Assembly (NCBI GenBank): GCA_052389395.1
Contig: JBQTHY010000034.1
Coordinates: 1 to 49,354, forward strand
Reading direction: 5' to 3'
DNA: 49,354 nucleotides
DNA from: Nitrospiraceae bacterium
GTDB taxonomy: Bacteria > Nitrospirota > Nitrospiria > Nitrospirales > Nitrospiraceae
Shown here in pieces: positions 31,978-41,039 of the stretch (positions within the stretch are counted from its first letter, which is position 1; each line of letters starts with the position of its first letter). The position numbers and the translations under genes are program-made. A model generated the notes under the pieces. The model did no database searches and was not told where the DNA came from. It worked only from the letters and a program-made list of their open reading frames with translations.

Positions 31978-33051
31978 GTGAACGCGAAAATTGCGGTCTT
32001 AGCCGGAGACGGCGTGGGGCGTGAGATCGTTCCGGAGGCCATAAAGGTCCTGAAGGCGATCGGCGAGAAGTATCACCATTCGTTTGAGTTTGTCTCAGCC
32101 GACATCGGAGGGCAGGCGATCGACAGAATGGGAGTGCCGCTTCCTCAAGGCACGTTGGCGCTCGCGAAGCAGAGTGATGCGGTACTGTTGGGGGCAGTGG
32201 GCGGCCCCAAGTGGGAAGGCTTGGAGTACAGCCTCAGGCCCGAGCGCGCGCTCCTTGGCCTCCGAGAAGCCTTGGGGCTCTATGCAAATCTCCGTCCGGC
32301 GAAGCTCTATGCCAATCTTGTCGATGCCTCCTCGTTGAAGCGCGAGGTCATTGAAGGGATCGACCTCCTCGTGATCCGAGAACTCACCGGCGGCATTTAT
32401 TTCGGCAAACCGAAGGGGATTGAAAAACTGCCGAATGGGGAAGAACGGGGCATCAACACCGAGGTCTACACCACGGAAGAAGTCCGGCGGATCGCCAAGG
32501 TGGCGTTCGAAGCCGCGCGGAAACGGCGCAGGAAGGTCACATCTGTCGATAAGGCGAATGTGTTGGAATCGTCCGAACTCTGGCGGAAAGTCGTGATAGA
32601 TGTTCATAAGTCCTTCCCAGATGTTGAGTTGGGGCATATGTATGTAGACAACGCCGCGATGCAATTGGTACGAAACCCGCGGCAGTTCGACGTGCTGCTG
32701 TGCAACAACATTTTCGGAGACATACTCAGTGACGAGGCTGCGATGCTCACCGGTTCGATCGGCATGTTGCCGTCTGCGAGTATCGGGGCGAAAATCGGCC
32801 TATTTGAGCCGATCCACGGGAGCGCGCCGGACATTGCCGGAAAGAACATTGCCAATCCCATCGCAACGATTGCCTCGGCTGCCATGATGTTGTCCTATGC
32901 GTTTCAGCTCGACAAAGAGGCGGAGGTGATCGAGCAGGCCATCGTGAAAACGCTCGATCTCGGCTATCGGACGAAAGATATTCAGGGCCCCGGCGCCCGG
33001 ATTGTCGGGACCGCCGATATGGGGGATGCAATACTGCGAAACTTATACTAA
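31978..33051 (+). CDS. leuB: 3-isopropylmalate dehydrogenase
   Basis: [55 protein letters not shown]; GTG start. Confidence 0.98.
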   Translation: MNAKIAVLAGDGVGREIVPEAIKVLKAIGEKYHHSFEFVSADIGGQAIDRMGVPLPQGTLALAKQSDAVLLGAVGGPKWEGLEYSLRPERALLGLREALGLYANLRPAKLYANLVDASSLKREVIEGIDLLVIRELTGGIYFGKPKGIEKLPNGEERGINTEVYTTEEVRRIAKVAFEAARKRRRKVTSVDKANVLESSELWRKVVIDVHKSFPDVELGHMYVDNAAMQLVRNPRQFDVLLCNNIFGDILSDEAAMLTGSIGMLPSASIGAKIGLFEPIHGSAPDIAGKNIANPIATIASAAMMLSYAFQLDKEAEVIEQAIVKTLDLGYRTKDIQGPGARIVGTADMGDAILRNLY

Positions 33052-33094
33052 CCGTGGGGCGCATCGATATGTCAACGACTCATCGCTCGTGGGC

Positions 33095-33455
33095 GATTGA
33101 TGCACTTACCCGAAACTGCGAGCCCGAATATGGTGGAGACGGCGGGCATATCGGTCCTGATCATCGAACGATCTACTCTCCGCCAGCTTCTCTTGACCAT
33201 CAGGAGTCGCGGTTGATTCATATGGTAAGCTGTTCGTCATGGATTCCGACAACCATGTGTTCCGGTGCTGGGACCGTGAAACGAAGCTGATTGTTCGGGT
33301 CGCAGGAGTCGGAATCCCGTCTTAAATTGGGGAGGAGGAACGGCTCTGGAGGCCAGTCTGACTTATCCCCGTTCGGAATCGTCGTCGAGCAGGCCGGGGC
33401 GTTGTTGGTGGCGGATACGTGTAATCATCGGATTCGTCGATTGTTGCTGGAATGG
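33095..33455 (+). pseudogene. Decayed NHL-repeat (beta-propeller) gene remnant
   Basis: Across frames: YGGDGG; GVAVDSYGKLFVMDSDNHVFRCWDRETKLIVRVAGVG (33203-33325, ends TAA); ALEASLTY; PFGIVVEQAGALLVADTCNHRIRR. Boundaries approximate. Confidence 0.7.
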
Positions 33456-33466
33456 GAACGATGCAC

Positions 33467-34480
33467 ATGGAAAAAAAACCTGCCTATACGGTTGCGGTGG
33501 TCGGTGCGACGGGCGCTGTGGGTACCGAAATGATCGAAGTGCTCGAAGAGCGCGCGTTCCCGGTGCAGGTACTCATTCCATTAGCCTCAACCCGCTCTGC
33601 CGGTGGGACCGTCACTTTTCGCGGCAAAGCGATTCCTGTCCAAGTGCTTAATAGAGATTCGTTTGCGGGGGTCGATATTGCGCTGTTTTCTGCCGGGGTG
33701 GACATCAGTCGGGAATTTGCACCGATCGCCGCCAAAGCGGGAGCCATCGTAATCGACAACAGCGCTGCTTGGCGGATGGAATCGGATGTACCGCTCGTGG
33801 TTCCGGAAGTGAACGCGCACGACATTGCGAATCACAAGGGCATCATCGCCAATCCCAACTGCTCGACCATCCAAATGGTCGTGGCGCTGAAGCCGTTGCA
33901 TGACCGGGCGAGGATCCGGCGCATCGTCGTGACTACCTTCCAGTCGGTCTCGGGGACCGGCAAGGAGGCAATGGACGAATTGATGACAGAGACGCAGGAC
34001 TTGCTCAGTTTCAAGCAAGCGGATCCCAAAGTCTACCCGTATCAGATCGCCTTCAATTGTCTTCCGCACATCGACGATTTTCTTCCGAGCGGCTACACGA
34101 AGGAAGAAATGAAGATGCTCAATGAGACACGGAAGATCATGGGAGATCGGTCCATCCAGGTCACTGCGACCACCGTGCGAGTCCCTGTTTATGTCGGCCA
34201 CTCTGAAGCGGTGAACATCGAGACTGAACAGAAACTGACGGCCAACGAAGCGCGGGCGATCCTGTCCGAGGCCCCGGGCGTGCAGGTCTTTGACGATCCT
34301 GCCCATAAGGTCTATCCCATGCCGCTGGACGTGGCGGGCAAGGACGAGGTCTATGTGGGACGTGTGCGCGAGGATGAATCAATTGCCAATGGGTTGAATC
34401 TCTGGGTGGTCGCCGATAATCTCCGCAAAGGGGCCGCGTTGAATGCAGTCCAGATCGCCGAATGCCTGGTGAAGGACTAG
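33467..34480 (+). CDS. asd: Aspartate-semialdehyde dehydrogenase
   Basis: VVGATGAVG, IANPNCST, QSVSGTG, VRVPVYVGHSE, DNLRKGAALNAVQIAE. Confidence 0.98.
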   Translation: MEKKPAYTVAVVGATGAVGTEMIEVLEERAFPVQVLIPLASTRSAGGTVTFRGKAIPVQVLNRDSFAGVDIALFSAGVDISREFAPIAAKAGAIVIDNSAAWRMESDVPLVVPEVNAHDIANHKGIIANPNCSTIQMVVALKPLHDRARIRRIVVTTFQSVSGTGKEAMDELMTETQDLLSFKQADPKVYPYQIAFNCLPHIDDFLPSGYTKEEMKMLNETRKIMGDRSIQVTATTVRVPVYVGHSEAVNIETEQKLTANEARAILSEAPGVQVFDDPAHKVYPMPLDVAGKDEVYVGRVREDESIANGLNLWVVADNLRKGAALNAVQIAECLVKD

Positions 34481-34506
34481 CAGGATGCTGACACAGCCTG
34501 CCGGCT
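34478..34506. repeat. Truncated end of the same palindromic repeat family
   Basis: TA-GCAGGATGCTGACACAGCCTGCCGGC resembles ACAGGATGTTGAAAA (rc of the end at 29514) and GATTGCTGAAAATGCCTTCCAGC (29735); starts in the asd TAG. Confidence 0.45.
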
Positions 34507-34559
34507 TTGTTTCCTGCCTGTTGCCGGGGAAGAGAAACCTTGTTCATAGGAAATCCCTG

Positions 34560-34814
34560 ATGCCAGAATGGACCGCTCTCGGCAAGGTTTTGATTGGAAT
34601 CGGGCTCGGGGTCGTTGCGCTCGGGGTGTTGTTGCTCGCGGTTGACCGAGTTCCCGGGCTAGGGGGTGCCTTTAGCTGGTTAGGGAAGCTTCCCGGCGAT
34701 TTGTTCTTCAAACGCGACAATGTCAGCTTTTATTTTCCCATCACCACCGGACTCCTCCTTAGTCTCGTTCTTAGTCTGCTATTCTATCTTCTAGGATGGC
34801 TCTTCCGCCGATGA
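34560..34814 (+). CDS. DUF2905-family membrane protein
   Basis: LGKVLIGIG..WLGKLPGD..KRDNVSFYFPITTGLLLSLVLS signature. Confidence 0.88.
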   Translation: MPEWTALGKVLIGIGLGVVALGVLLLAVDRVPGLGGAFSWLGKLPGDLFFKRDNVSFYFPITTGLLLSLVLSLLFYLLGWLFRR

Positions 34815-36025
34815 AGTCGCGACAGCTCTGTGCATGTGCAGGTGGCTTGTTGCTGGGATTGGCCGGTGCGGTAGCGTGTCCAGCCCAAGCGGCTCAATCA
34901 ATTCGTGTCCTGTTGGCATCCGATGTCCAGCGGCTGGAGCTGGAGGCTAAGAACACCATCTGGGTGACGGATGCGCAGGATCGAGTGCAATTCTTTCAGT
35001 CCTCCCTTCGGATCGAAGTGCAAGGCCAGGCCCTGCTCCTGAACGGAACTCGTGTCGTCGGCGATCAACTGACAGTACGGGCGGGGGAGCAGAACTTGAA
35101 GCTTTGGTTGCCGCCCCACGATGGTAACGGAAGTGGGACAGCACTCCAGTCGGATGATGAGAAGGCCGCGCTACAAGTCAGCGGCTTGGTCCAATTGGTC
35201 CGCCGAGGGAAAGGTGTGCTGGTCATCAATGAGGTCGATCTGGAGGAGTATGTCAAGGGGGTCGTGCCAGCTGAAGTGAGTTCCGCCTGGCATCCCGAAA
35301 TGCTCAAGGTGCAGGCAGTCGCGGCCAGGACCTATGCATTGTATCAGCACATGCTCAGCGTCTCTCGTGATTATGATGTTGTCGCTGGCATTCAGGATCA
35401 GGTCTATCGTGGTCGTCAGGACATAGATGCGCGGGTGGAACAGGCGGTAGAGTCAACGAGAGGATTGGTGGTAACCCATCAAGGCGCACCCATCTATGCG
35501 GCCTTCTCGTCGACGGCCGCCGGTCTTACCGAAGATGCCGTGATCGTCTGGTCAAAGGATTTGCCCTATTTGAAGGGGGTCGAGTGTCCGTTCGATGTGG
35601 AGTCCCCTTATTATCAATGGAAAGCCTCCTTCAAGATCGATACGCTTGAGAAGAATTTGCGGCAACAGGGATTCGCGGTCGGAACGATCGCGACCCTCAC
35701 CCCACTCTCCCATAGCCGGGCGGGCCGTGTGGCCACACTGCGGATCTTGCACTCCGAAGGGGAGCTGATCCTGCGTGGAGAAGACCTCCGCAAAGCGGTG
35801 GGGTATACCGTGGTGCCCAGCACACAGTTTACGATCGAATCGATCGGCCAGGAGGTCGTGCTCTCTGGGTACGGGGCCGGCCATGCAGTTGGCTTATGCC
35901 AATGGGGCGCCAAAGAGCTCGCCGAATTGGGCTACTCCTTCTCCAGTATTCTTCGCTATTTCTATCCGGGAACGGAACTGCAGGATGCCTCGCTGACGCA
36001 GACACCCCAGATGCCCGACTCCTGA
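34811..36025 (+). CDS. SpoIID/LytB domain protein
   Basis: Signal peptide; INEVDLEEYVKGVVPAE, LKVQAVAARTYA, DQVYRG, GAGHAVGLCQWGA, ILRYFYPG. Confidence 0.93.
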   Translation: MKSRQLCACAGGLLLGLAGAVACPAQAAQSIRVLLASDVQRLELEAKNTIWVTDAQDRVQFFQSSLRIEVQGQALLLNGTRVVGDQLTVRAGEQNLKLWLPPHDGNGSGTALQSDDEKAALQVSGLVQLVRRGKGVLVINEVDLEEYVKGVVPAEVSSAWHPEMLKVQAVAARTYALYQHMLSVSRDYDVVAGIQDQVYRGRQDIDARVEQAVESTRGLVVTHQGAPIYAAFSSTAAGLTEDAVIVWSKDLPYLKGVECPFDVESPYYQWKASFKIDTLEKNLRQQGFAVGTIATLTPLSHSRAGRVATLRILHSEGELILRGEDLRKAVGYTVVPSTQFTIESIGQEVVLSGYGAGHAVGLCQWGAKELAELGYSFSSILRYFYPGTELQDASLTQTPQMPDS

Positions 36026-37044
36026 TGCAGCTGTCGGAATTCGACTTTCCATTCGATCCTGACCTCGTCGCTCAGCAGCCCGTCATCCCCCGCGATCGTG
36101 CGCGATTGCTGCTCTTGGATCGAAAAACGGATCAACTCGCCCACCGCCACGTTTCCGATCTTCCCTCATTGCTCGAATCAGGCGATCTTCTTGTCGTGAA
36201 CGATACGAAGGTATTGGCAGCGCGGGTCTCTGGGAAGAAGAGACCAACCGGGAAGCCGGTCGAGGTGTTGTTCGTCAGAGATCTCGGCGATGGCGTGTGG
36301 GAGATCATGGTCAGAGGGGCTTTCCATGTCGGTCAGGTCATCGAATTCGATGGACAGTCCCGCGCGACCATTCTGAAACGGGATGCCGAGGGCACGCGGG
36401 TGAAAGTGGACAGTTCCGTACCAGTCGCGCAATTACTCCGAGCCCGAGGCGTCATGCCGCTGCCGCCGTACATCAAGCGTCCCTCGACTCAGGAGGATCA
36501 TCACTGGTATCAAACGCCCTTTGCAAAAATCGAAGGTGCGATTGCCGCGCCGACTGCGGGGCTCCACTTTACCCCGGAACTCCTCTCGCGGCTGGACACA
36601 TCCGCGCTCAGAGTCGCCACGGTGACTCTCCATGTCGGCCCAGGAACATTCAAGCCGGTCGAGACTGAGCGTATCGAGGACCATCGGATGGGGGAAGAGG
36701 CATTTGAGGTCACCGAGGAAACTGCCAAGACGATTGTTCAGACGAAACAAGCTGGTCGGCGCGCCGTCGCCGTCGGAACAACGGTCGTCCGCACGCTTGA
36801 AACTGTTGCGAGAGAATACGGCAGGGTTGTTTCGACATCCGGCGAGAGTCGTCTGTTCATCACGCCAGGATTTCAATTCAAGGTGGTCGATGCCCTCATG
36901 ACGAACTTCCACCTTCCACGGACCACCCTCTTGGTGTTGGTCTCGGCGTTTGCCGGTGCCGAGCTGCTCCGGAGAGCCTACGAAGAAGCGATCAGGGAGC
37001 GGTATCGCTTTTACAGCTACGGCGACGCGATGCTGATTCTCTAG
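36025..37044 (+). CDS. queA: tRNA preQ1 S-adenosylmethionine ribosyltransferase-isomerase
   Basis: VNDTKV, PLPPYIKR, AAPTAGLHF, LHVGPGTF, VGTTVVRTLE, TNFHLP, YRFYSYGDAMLI; TGATG overlap. Confidence 0.98.
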   Translation: MQLSEFDFPFDPDLVAQQPVIPRDRARLLLLDRKTDQLAHRHVSDLPSLLESGDLLVVNDTKVLAARVSGKKRPTGKPVEVLFVRDLGDGVWEIMVRGAFHVGQVIEFDGQSRATILKRDAEGTRVKVDSSVPVAQLLRARGVMPLPPYIKRPSTQEDHHWYQTPFAKIEGAIAAPTAGLHFTPELLSRLDTSALRVATVTLHVGPGTFKPVETERIEDHRMGEEAFEVTEETAKTIVQTKQAGRRAVAVGTTVVRTLETVAREYGRVVSTSGESRLFITPGFQFKVVDALMTNFHLPRTTLLVLVSAFAGAELLRRAYEEAIRERYRFYSYGDAMLIL

Positions 37045-37095
37045 TCGATCAGACTATGAATCACCCTCGAACGGTTTCTCGAAAGGGGAACGCTG

Positions 37096-37794
37096 CTACA
37101 GCAGTTCGCGATGGATCTTTATCGGAATCTTGGCTTTGAGCGACTCTTGATACGCGGCCAGTGCGCGTTGCTGTTTCTGAAACAGCATGTCTTGCAGCAC
37201 ACGATCCTTGGACGTCCCAGCCTTGGTAGGATCAGGATCTTGCGGTCTCGCCATGAGGGCTTGCCCTTCGGAGATCTCCGAGGGGGTGAGCGCCACAGAA
37301 TCGCGGACGATCATCCGCGCTTTGTTTCCGAGGATTTCCCTGTACTGCGCGGCTTCAAACACGGCAGGCGTCATATGGTTGGCTGCGAGGAGACGTTGAT
37401 AGAGCTCAGGGTCGAAGGCTCCGTTCTTTTGAAAATCGGGAATTTGAAGAATCAACTCGCGCAAGTCCGCATCGGATACCGTCACACCCATGTCTTTTGC
37501 GGCGATGAGCCAGATGCGATTGTCAACGAGTTGTTCGATGACGAACTGTTTGATGGTTTCATCCTTGGCTTCGCCGGGGACCCTTTCTTTGTAGAAGCGG
37601 TACATGTTTTCATAGGCTCGTCGGAACTCATCGCGCGAGACCGTGAGATCTCCAACATTCGCTACGGCGGTGACCGCTTGCTCGCCGAATCCCCACCATC
37701 CCATCGTGATGATAAAGGCAACGGCCAGGATGCCCATGATAGATTTGAGCAACCAGGGATGGTTGTGCGCTGCGCTTCGTATGACCTTAATCAT
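37096..37794 (-). CDS. SurA N-terminal domain protein (PpiD-like, no PPIase domain)
   Basis: N-terminal TM, VANVGD..VSRDEF, GVTVSDADLR..IPDFQKNGAFDPELY. Confidence 0.85.
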   Translation of the reverse strand: MIKVIRSAAHNHPWLLKSIMGILAVAFIITMGWWGFGEQAVTAVANVGDLTVSRDEFRRAYENMYRFYKERVPGEAKDETIKQFVIEQLVDNRIWLIAAKDMGVTVSDADLRELILQIPDFQKNGAFDPELYQRLLAANHMTPAVFEAAQYREILGNKARMIVRDSVALTPSEISEGQALMARPQDPDPTKAGTSKDRVLQDMLFQKQQRALAAYQESLKAKIPIKIHRELL

Positions 37795-37825
37795 GAAGTC
37801 CTCTCGACCGTTCGAGAACTTGCGA

Positions 37826-37854
37826 AGTATACTGATGAGAGAACCTGATGGCAA
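37826..37854 (-). promoter_or_regulatory. Promoter of the SurA-N gene
   Basis: Minus strand TTGCCA, 17 nt, TATACT. Confidence 0.65.
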
Positions 37855-38037
37855 CCCCACGCGGGCCTTAGGATGGGTAACCTCGTGCCGGTGGCGTTTC
37901 CAGACACAGAAGAGCGCCAGGGGACGGGCCTGACGAGTCCGCCGTCTTTGGTGCGAACGCTTGCTGTCAGCCAAAAGGGACTCGGACCGAAAGCCGTGAA
38001 AAAAGAACGGTCTTTGTTTGTGCAAACCGTTGGATTT

Positions 38038-38046
38038 TGTTATACT
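38038..38046 (+). promoter_or_regulatory. Extended -10 element upstream of the RDD-mre cluster
   Basis: TGT-TATACT ~25 nt before the RDD start. Confidence 0.45.
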
Positions 38047-38071
38047 TTGCCACTAATTAGAAAGTGATCCC

Positions 38072-38530
38072 TTGACGGAAGAGGGGACAACCGCACAGGT
38101 GCTGGACAGATCGGTCTATCCGAAGGCCCATGTCCTGAATCGGTTTATTGCTAAACTGATCGATCTGTTCATCGTTGTTGCCGCGGACGAAATTGCTCCT
38201 CCGGTCGGGTTTCTTTCCGGTCTGGCCTACATCTTGATTGCAGACGGATTTGCGGGGGGGAGAAGTATCGGCAAGCGGCTGGTTGGTCTCCAGACCATGC
38301 GAGTGGATGGTCGGGACGCCGCGGGCTTCCGTGAATCGATCATACGGAATCTGCCGCTTGGCGGCGCGCAAATCGCCTTTGCGGTCCCTTATGTCGGATG
38401 GCTGGTGTCGCTGGCAATTTTGGTATTCGAAGGGCTTTTGATCATCGGGAATGAACAAGGGCGTCGGCTTGGCGATGAAGTGGCAAGGACCCACGTGTTA
38501 GACGCTGGTCAGCTCGCTGTGCCGGACTAA
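38072..38530 (+). CDS. RDD-family membrane protein
   Basis: RFIAKLID, GRSIGKRLVGL, IIRNL, RRLGDEVART. Confidence 0.9.
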   Translation: MTEEGTTAQVLDRSVYPKAHVLNRFIAKLIDLFIVVAADEIAPPVGFLSGLAYILIADGFAGGRSIGKRLVGLQTMRVDGRDAAGFRESIIRNLPLGGAQIAFAVPYVGWLVSLAILVFEGLLIIGNEQGRRLGDEVARTHVLDAGQLAVPD

Positions 38531-38592
38531 GACGAACGAAGCGCGCAGGCTAGGCGCGAGACCGCCTGGCCAAGAGTGAAGGGAGAGATGCC

Positions 38593-39642
38593 GTGGGGTT
38601 CACGGGAGATGTGTTCGGATGGTTCTCCGATGACCTTGCGATTGATTTGGGCACGGCCACAACCCTGGTGTACGTCCATGGGAAGGGAATCGTCCTCAAT
38701 GAACCTTCCGTGGTGGCGGTCGAAAAGAAAAGCGAAAAGGTACTGGCTGTCGGATCCGATGCGAAGAAAATGCTCGGACGCACACCCGGCAACATCGTAG
38801 CAGTTCGACCCATGAAAGAAGGCGTGATCGCCGACTTTGAGATGGCCGAGCAGATGCTGAAGCACTTCATCCGCAAGGCCCACAATCGCAGTGCGTTTGT
38901 TCGGCCGAGGATTATCATCGGGGTGCCGTCCCGCATCACGCAGGTCGAGCAACGGGCCGTGCGTGATTCAGCCGAATTGGCCGGCGCGCGAGAAGTCTAT
39001 CTGATCGAAGAGCCGGTGGCTGCGGCAATAGGGGCGGGTCTGCCGATTACGGAGCCGTCCGGGAACATGGTCGTCGACGTGGGAGGCGGCACCACGGATA
39101 TTGCGGTCATTTCGCTCGGCGGGATTGTGTACAGTGAGTCGGTGAAGGTCGCCGGGGATCGGATGGACGAAGCGATCATGAATTACATCAAGAAGAAATA
39201 TAATTTGCTCATCGGCGAGCACATGGCGGAACGGATCAAATTTGAAATCGGGTCCGCCTATCCGTTCGAGGAGCGGAAAACCATGATGATCAAGGGGCGT
39301 GATTTGATCTCGGGTATTCCGCGCACGCTGGTCGTGGATGACGCCGAGATTCGCGAAGCTTTGCAGGAACCCATTGGGACCATTGTGAACGCGATCAAAG
39401 TCGCGTTGGAAAACACGCCGCCTGAATTGGCGGGAGATATTATTGACCGCGGAATAGTGTTAACGGGTGGAGGCTCCCTCCTGAAAGGGATGGACACCCG
39501 GTTCCGCGAAGAAACGAACTTGCCGATCATCACGGTGGACGATCCCCTCACTTCCGTCGTCTTGGGGGTGGGAAAGATTTTGGACGAACTGGATCTCCTC
39601 CGGAAGGTGTCGGTCATGTCTCAGGCCAACAGCCTCCGGTAA
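38593..39642 (+). CDS. mreB: Rod shape-determining actin MreB
   Basis: [39 protein letters not shown]. Confidence 0.99.
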   Translation: MGFTGDVFGWFSDDLAIDLGTATTLVYVHGKGIVLNEPSVVAVEKKSEKVLAVGSDAKKMLGRTPGNIVAVRPMKEGVIADFEMAEQMLKHFIRKAHNRSAFVRPRIIIGVPSRITQVEQRAVRDSAELAGAREVYLIEEPVAAAIGAGLPITEPSGNMVVDVGGGTTDIAVISLGGIVYSESVKVAGDRMDEAIMNYIKKKYNLLIGEHMAERIKFEIGSAYPFEERKTMMIKGRDLISGIPRTLVVDDAEIREALQEPIGTIVNAIKVALENTPPELAGDIIDRGIVLTGGGSLLKGMDTRFREETNLPIITVDDPLTSVVLGVGKILDELDLLRKVSVMSQANSLR

Positions 39643-39655
39643 GGTTCCATCCCAC

Positions 39656-40534
39656 ATGTGGATGGTCACGTTGCGCGCACCCTACAATGCGAGGCGTCTT
39701 GCCCTCGCTATCGGCGTCATTCTTCTGCTCGGCTTCCTCCTATTGCCTAGCCAGCTTCAAGGTGTATTCCAGCAGATTGGTGGCCCAGTCGGATGGGTCT
39801 TGAGCTGGCCGCTGGTAGCTGTCGCCAGCGTCCATGACGTAATCGGTGACCTCTGGACCGGCTATATGGTGTTACAGGGGGTCGAAGAAGAAAACAAGCA
39901 GTTGCGAAAGGAACTGGAATACCTCCAAGGGCAGAATAGCCAACTGCGCGAAGCGGCGGCGGCGACGAAACGGCTTACGGAGCTCTTGGAATTTAAGACA
40001 CAGGCGCTCCCTACAATGGTTGCTGCGCAAGTGATCGGCCGTGATACAGGGAACTGGTACCGGACGATTATCCTGGACAAGGGAGAGGCGGATGGACTTC
40101 AGGCGGATATGGGGGTGATTACCGCTGCCGGGGTGGTAGGTCGTGTTGTGAAGACGACGGCCGCCACCTCAGTGGTGTTGCTGGTGACGGACCCGAACAA
40201 CGCGATCGCTGGGTTGGTCCAACGAACGAGAGACGAAGGCATCGTGGAAGGAACGATGCAAGGGCTGGCCCGCCTCAAATATATTCCGTTGTTGTCGAAC
40301 GTGCGGACGGGCGATCGTGTGGTAACGTCTGGACTGGTGGGAGGCTTCCCCCGTGGTCTAGCCATCGGGACGATCACGAAGATCGATAGAGAAGAAGGAG
40401 CGCTGTTCCAGTCAGCGGAACTCGCTCCGGAGGTCGATGCGAACCGAGTGGAGGAAGTGCTCGTGATCCAGTCTCCCTATGTCCCGAGCGAAGGGGAGCG
40501 CCTGGGCGATCCGAGCGTGAAGCCCAAACCATGA
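39656..40534 (+). CDS. mreC: Rod shape-determining protein MreC
   Basis: TM plus coiled coil, AAQVIGRD, ILDKG, GVVGRV, VVTSGLVGGFPRGL. Confidence 0.95.
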   Translation: MWMVTLRAPYNARRLALAIGVILLLGFLLLPSQLQGVFQQIGGPVGWVLSWPLVAVASVHDVIGDLWTGYMVLQGVEEENKQLRKELEYLQGQNSQLREAAAATKRLTELLEFKTQALPTMVAAQVIGRDTGNWYRTIILDKGEADGLQADMGVITAAGVVGRVVKTTAATSVVLLVTDPNNAIAGLVQRTRDEGIVEGTMQGLARLKYIPLLSNVRTGDRVVTSGLVGGFPRGLAIGTITKIDREEGALFQSAELAPEVDANRVEEVLVIQSPYVPSEGERLGDPSVKPKP

Positions 40535-41031
40535 AAACTCTGTTGTATGCGGTGCTTCTCGTCGGCCTTGTTCCGATTCAGTCCATTCTGATGCCCCATC
40601 TGAGCATGTGGGGCGTGAAGCCCGATCTCGGCCTCATTGTCGTATGCTTGATTGGCCTTTTTGGGGGAGAACTCGAAGGGCTGCTGGTCGGTCTCGCGCT
40701 AGGATGGATCATGAGCCTGTTTTCTGCCGAAGATCTAGGCTTTAGCATGGTATCGAAGGGGGCCGTGGGATACGTGGCCGGTCTCGTCGGCAGGCAGGTA
40801 GCGAATCTCACTCCGGTCGTCCTGGTCGTGGGGCTTCTAGCGATATCGTGTATTGCCGGACTTTCCACGGCCTTATCACTCAAGCTTAATGAGGAGCAGA
40901 ACCTGTGGTGGGCGCTGCGTGCAGTCGTGCTCCCTCAGGCCTGTTTCAATGCGGCGGTAGGCGGATCGCTCTATTGGCTGGCGTGGAGTCGGTTGGCCGT
41001 GGAGCGGTGGGTCTCCGAATATCGAATGTAG
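40531..41031 (+). CDS. mreD: Rod shape-determining protein MreD
   Basis: Polytopic, GVKPDL motif, lies between mreC and mrdA. Confidence 0.85.
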   Translation: MKTLLYAVLLVGLVPIQSILMPHLSMWGVKPDLGLIVVCLIGLFGGELEGLLVGLALGWIMSLFSAEDLGFSMVSKGAVGYVAGLVGRQVANLTPVVLVVGLLAISCIAGLSTALSLKLNEEQNLWWALRAVVLPQACFNAAVGGSLYWLAWSRLAVERWVSEYRM

Positions 41032-41039
41032 GAAACCAC

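Noticed and set aside
34560-37044. DUF2905-spoIID-queA as a new system
   Set aside because: A widely conserved neighbourhood; SpoIID/LytB homologues are common in non-sporulating bacteria.
37855-38030. ncRNA between the divergent SurA-N and RDD promoters
   Set aside because: Only a few short GC hairpins; no known motif, promoter or terminator for a separate RNA.
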